A DNA stretch of 20,000 nt from an uncultured virus (IMG/VR IMGVR_UViG_3300024301_000012) (Duplodnaviria > Heunggongvirae > Uroviricota > Caudoviricetes): IMG/VR virus record IMGVR_UViG_3300024301_000012; one strand, 5' to 3'. The translations under genes and the position numbers were made by a program. Positions 17,155-20,000 of this stretch are shown here, one piece after another. Each line of letters opens with the position of its first letter. Position 1 is the first letter of the stretch. Below the pieces are notes generated by a model. It made no database searches, was not told where the DNA came from, and saw only the letters and a program-made list of their open reading frames with translations.

Positions 17155-17446
17155 TCTAGCTGTAGGCGAAATTGCAGTCAACCCAACTGACAAGAAAATT
17201 TATGTAAAGAAGTCTGACGGTACCGTTGTAGATATGAATCCAGGGGTAACTGCTTCGGATACAGATTCAACACAAGCAGTATCTAAGTTTACATTTGCAG
17301 ATACAGAAACAGGAAACATGTTTGTTGATTTTGATTCTGAAGCTGGTACAGCAATTGTTAAAGTAGCAATTAATGCTGACCAAGACTACGGTCTAATCAC
17401 ACAGACGGTAGCTGATTATAACTCAATCGATTACGGGAGTCTCTAA
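17093..17446 (+). CDS. Small fibre adaptor-like protein with Mtd_N-like N-terminus
   Basis: IKPKRSET....P...DLAVGEIAVNPTDKKIY; GAGGA SD; ends IDYGSL. Confidence 0.8.
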   Translation: MATIIKPKRSETQGSIPSSGDLAVGEIAVNPTDKKIYVKKSDGTVVDMNPGVTASDTDSTQAVSKFTFADTETGNMFVDFDSEAGTAIVKVAINADQDYGLITQTVADYNSIDYGSL

Positions 17447-17448
17447 CA

Positions 17449-17676
17449 ATGGCTAGTAGAATTAGATTTAGAAGAGGCACTACTACCGAACATGCATCGT
17501 TCACTGGTGCTGAGGGCGAGATTACTGTAAACACAACAAAAGATACCATTGTATTACATGATGGAAGTACAGCAGGTGGTTTCGAAATGTTGCGTTCTGA
17601 CTTAAACAACCTGGATAGTGGAACAGCTATTCCTGCGGCAAACATAACCGATATTGACTGCGGCACTTATAGCTAG
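17449..17676 (+). CDS. Stand-alone Mtd_N / hyaluronate-lyase-N-like fibre N-terminal domain
   Basis: IRFRRGTTTEHASFTGAEGEITVNTTKDTIVLHDGSTAGG; ends IDCGTYS. Confidence 0.8.
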   Translation: MASRIRFRRGTTTEHASFTGAEGEITVNTTKDTIVLHDGSTAGGFEMLRSDLNNLDSGTAIPAANITDIDCGTYS

Positions 17677-17752
17677 GAGAATAGAAAATGCCAACAATAC
17701 TACAATTAAGAAGAGGCACTACTACCGAACATGCATCGTTCACTGGTGCTGA
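17470..17752 (+). repeat. Exact 44-bp direct repeat (17470-17513 and 17709-17752)
   Basis: AGAAGAGGCACTACTACCGAACATGCATCGTTCACTGGTGCTGA occurs identically at the 5' end of two adjacent genes. Confidence 0.95.
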
Positions 17753-18818
17753 AGGAGAAGTTACTGTCAATACTACTAAGGATACTCTAGTAGTTCACGA
17801 TGGTTCAACACAGGGCGGCTTTGAAATAGCCCTTGCAGATTTGTCTAACACCAATGCTGCTATTGGACAGGCAGTTGCTACTAGTGACAGTCCTACTTTT
17901 GCAGGATTGACACTCACGGGAAACCAAGAAATCACAGGTAACATTGTACCCAGTGCAGACGTTACTTATGATTTAGGTTCTTCTACAAAACAGTGGCGGG
18001 ATATTTATGTAGGTCCTGGTTCGTTATATGTTAACGGACAACAAGTGGTATCTGATAACTCAGGTACAATTACAATTTCTGCTGATGCTAACCAAGACGT
18101 AGCTGTACAGACTAGTGGTTCGGGTGATATTTCTCTTGATCCTACAGGTTCTGGTATTGTTCAGGTTAAATCTGCATTCCAAATTGAAGATGGTAATAAC
18201 ATTACTAACTCAGCAGGCAATCCTGTAGCTTTTAGTGGTGGTATTAAAGCAGATAGTGTAACACCTAACTCAGCTGATACTAGTTTAACACTTTCAGGGG
18301 CTGGTACTGGTACTGTAGCAATTGCTGACAATACAGCAATCACAGGCACACTGTCTACTACCGGTAATGCAGACATTGGTGGTGACTTAACAATCACTGG
18401 TAATCTGCAGGTTGATGGTACTACAACTACTATTAACTCTACTTCACTTTCAGTAGATGACCTTAACATCACAGTAGCTTCAGGTGCAGCAAACGCAGCA
18501 GCAGCTAACGGTGCAGGTATTACAGTAGACGGAGCATCAGCTACGATTAACTATGCCTCTGCTGGTGATAAGTGGACCATGAACAAACCTTTAGACATGG
18601 GTGCCAATTCTATCACTACTTCAGGTGGTGTTACTGCTGATGTAACTGGTAACTTGACAGGTACAGCTTCTAATGCTTCAACAGCAGTTACACTTACTGG
18701 ATTAAACGCAACTATTGCTGAATTGAATTATGTTGATGGTGTTACTAGCAACATTCAAACTCAAATCGACAACAATCGAATAGATGTTTATAATTCAGCT
18801 GGTACATTGTTGAACTAA
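17688..18818 (+). CDS. Tail fibre protein with Mtd_N-like N-terminal domain
   Basis: LQLRRGTT..H..FTGAEGEVTV; P.AD.TYDLGS..KQWRDIY; GNLQVDGTTTTINST...DLNITVA; AELNYVDGVTSNIQTQID; AGGAG SD. Confidence 0.85.
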   Translation: MPTILQLRRGTTTEHASFTGAEGEVTVNTTKDTLVVHDGSTQGGFEIALADLSNTNAAIGQAVATSDSPTFAGLTLTGNQEITGNIVPSADVTYDLGSSTKQWRDIYVGPGSLYVNGQQVVSDNSGTITISADANQDVAVQTSGSGDISLDPTGSGIVQVKSAFQIEDGNNITNSAGNPVAFSGGIKADSVTPNSADTSLTLSGAGTGTVAIADNTAITGTLSTTGNADIGGDLTITGNLQVDGTTTTINSTSLSVDDLNITVASGAANAAAANGAGITVDGASATINYASAGDKWTMNKPLDMGANSITTSGGVTADVTGNLTGTASNASTAVTLTGLNATIAELNYVDGVTSNIQTQIDNNRIDVYNSAGTLLN

Positions 18819-18829
18819 GGTAGTGAATT

Positions 18830-20000
18830 ATGGCTATAGTATATCAAGTAAAACGAAGTGAGACTAGCTCATCTACTCCAGGATCAGGAGATCTTGCGGT
18901 AGGTGAGCTGGCATTAAATTTAACTGACGCTAAAATATTTTCTAAAAAATCTGATGGAACTATAGTTTCTTTTAATACTACCACAGAAACCCCTGTGTTT
19001 TTTGCGGATGAAGTTGATTTAGGAAATCTTACTACTGCTACAAATACTTATGATATGTCTAGCCTCGATGGCGGTTCACCAGCTTCAGGTGGCGGCATTG
19101 CTTTTACTGATTTAAGTGTAACAACTAACTCAGCAGGCACTGCAGCACTATCATACAATAATTCTACTGGAGTATTTACTTATACTCCTCCTGACTTATC
19201 AAGTTATCTAACAAGTTATACAGTAACAGAATCAGATGTAACAACACATCAAGAAGCCCTGTCTATCACAGAAAGTCAAATTAGTGACTTACAGACTTAT
19301 TTAACAAGCGAAACATTTACTAGTTTAGTTCAAGATACTACACCACAGCTTGGCGGCGATCTTGATCTTAACTCAAATGATATTACAGGTACCGGTGACA
19401 TTAATATCACTGGTGACATTACAGGTGTTGATTTATTAAGAATCAATGAAACCGGCACTGGCTTAAGAATGACCAATGTGGGTGCGTTTGATAACAGTAG
19501 TGGCAACTTTAGAATATTTTCAAATGGTGATTTGATACTTTCTACTAATGGCGATAGCGGCACAGCAGTTACATTTGATCAAACAACCAAAGATGCTACA
19601 TTTTCTGGCGCAATTACAACATCAGGTAATATAGAGATAGATGGTATCTTAACTCAAGGTACTGATTCATATTACACACATCAATATGTCCTTCATGGCA
19701 CAACCACAGATGCAACTGAAACAGAAATTCTCACAACAGCATCTACAAGAATTCCAGTAGCTACAGATACTACAATTTTTTATGAAGTGTCTATTGTAGC
19801 ACGAAGAACAGATGCTACAGGCGAAAGTGCCTCTTGGCATCTAAAAGGTTGCGCTGATAATTTTAGCGGAACCGTAGCTGATGTAGGTAGTGTATACGAA
19901 ATCGCAGTAGCACAAGACGATGTTGCGCTGTCAGTCGATGTTCGAGCTGACGATACAAATAATGCGATTAATGTTTTTGTAACTGGAGCAACAAGTAAAA
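18830..20000 (+). CDS. Tail fibre-like protein, 3'-truncated (absent from the ORF track because there is no stop in the window)
   Basis: Manual translation from ATG 18830: MAIVYQVKRSETSSSTPGSGDLAVGELALNLTDAKIFSKKSDG...LSYNNSTGVFTYTPPDLS...ITESQISDL...DTTPQLGGDLDLN...; open to the window end. The N-terminus is paralogous to the 17093 ORF. Confidence 0.85.
   Translation, partial: MAIVYQVKRSETSSSTPGSGDLAVGELALNLTDAKIFSKKSDGTIVSFNTTTETPVFFADEVDLGNLTTATNTYDMSSLDGGSPASGGGIAFTDLSVTTNSAGTAALSYNNSTGVFTYTPPDLSSYLTSYTVTESDVTTHQEALSITESQISDLQTYLTSETFTSLVQDTTPQLGGDLDLNSNDITGTGDINITGDITGVDLLRINETGTGLRMTNVGAFDNSSGNFRIFSNGDLILSTNGDSGTAVTFDQTTKDATFSGAITTSGNIEIDGILTQGTDSYYTHQYVLHGTTTDATETEILTTASTRIPVATDTTIFYEVSIVARRTDATGESASWHLKGCADNFSGTVADVGSVYEIAVAQDDVALSVDVRADDTNNAINVFVTGATSK

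Noticed and set aside
17449..18818. Diversity-generating retroelement, suggested by Mtd_N-like domains and a direct repeat
   Set aside because: No reverse transcriptase in the window. The repeat is exact, short and N-terminal, with no adenine-specific mismatches. Mtd_N is a generic fibre domain.
1..20000. tRNA, rRNA, intron, intein or mobile element
   Set aside because: Intergenic gaps are all under about 70 nt, and no cloverleaf, homing-endonuclease, transposase or intein splice motifs were recognised.

Overview
AT-rich, densely coding segment of a large tailed phage, most consistent with a T4-like (cyanophage/pelagiphage-type) myovirus virion-structure region. It carries T4-type late promoter motifs (TATAAATA). 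Layout: a 5'-truncated giant DUF4815/VrlC-like structural gene (<1-6559); two small structural genes; a protein with a long Tyr-x-Gly-x repeat (7305-8672) and a probable assembly chaperone; a convergent 7-enzyme modification cassette (9200-14098); and a run of tail-fibre/fibre-adaptor genes (14150->20000) sharing Mtd_N-like N-termini and short D-x-G C-terminal tails. The cassette comprises five GT-A/GT8-like glycosyltransferases, a 2OG-Fe(II) oxygenase-like protein and a SAM-methyltransferase-like protein, most with non-canonical active-site motifs. The best candidate for an undescribed system is this cassette acting on virion proteins, with the adjacent Tyr/Ser/Thr-rich repeat fibre as a possible substrate. 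All family assignments come from motifs recognised by eye; no database search was run.
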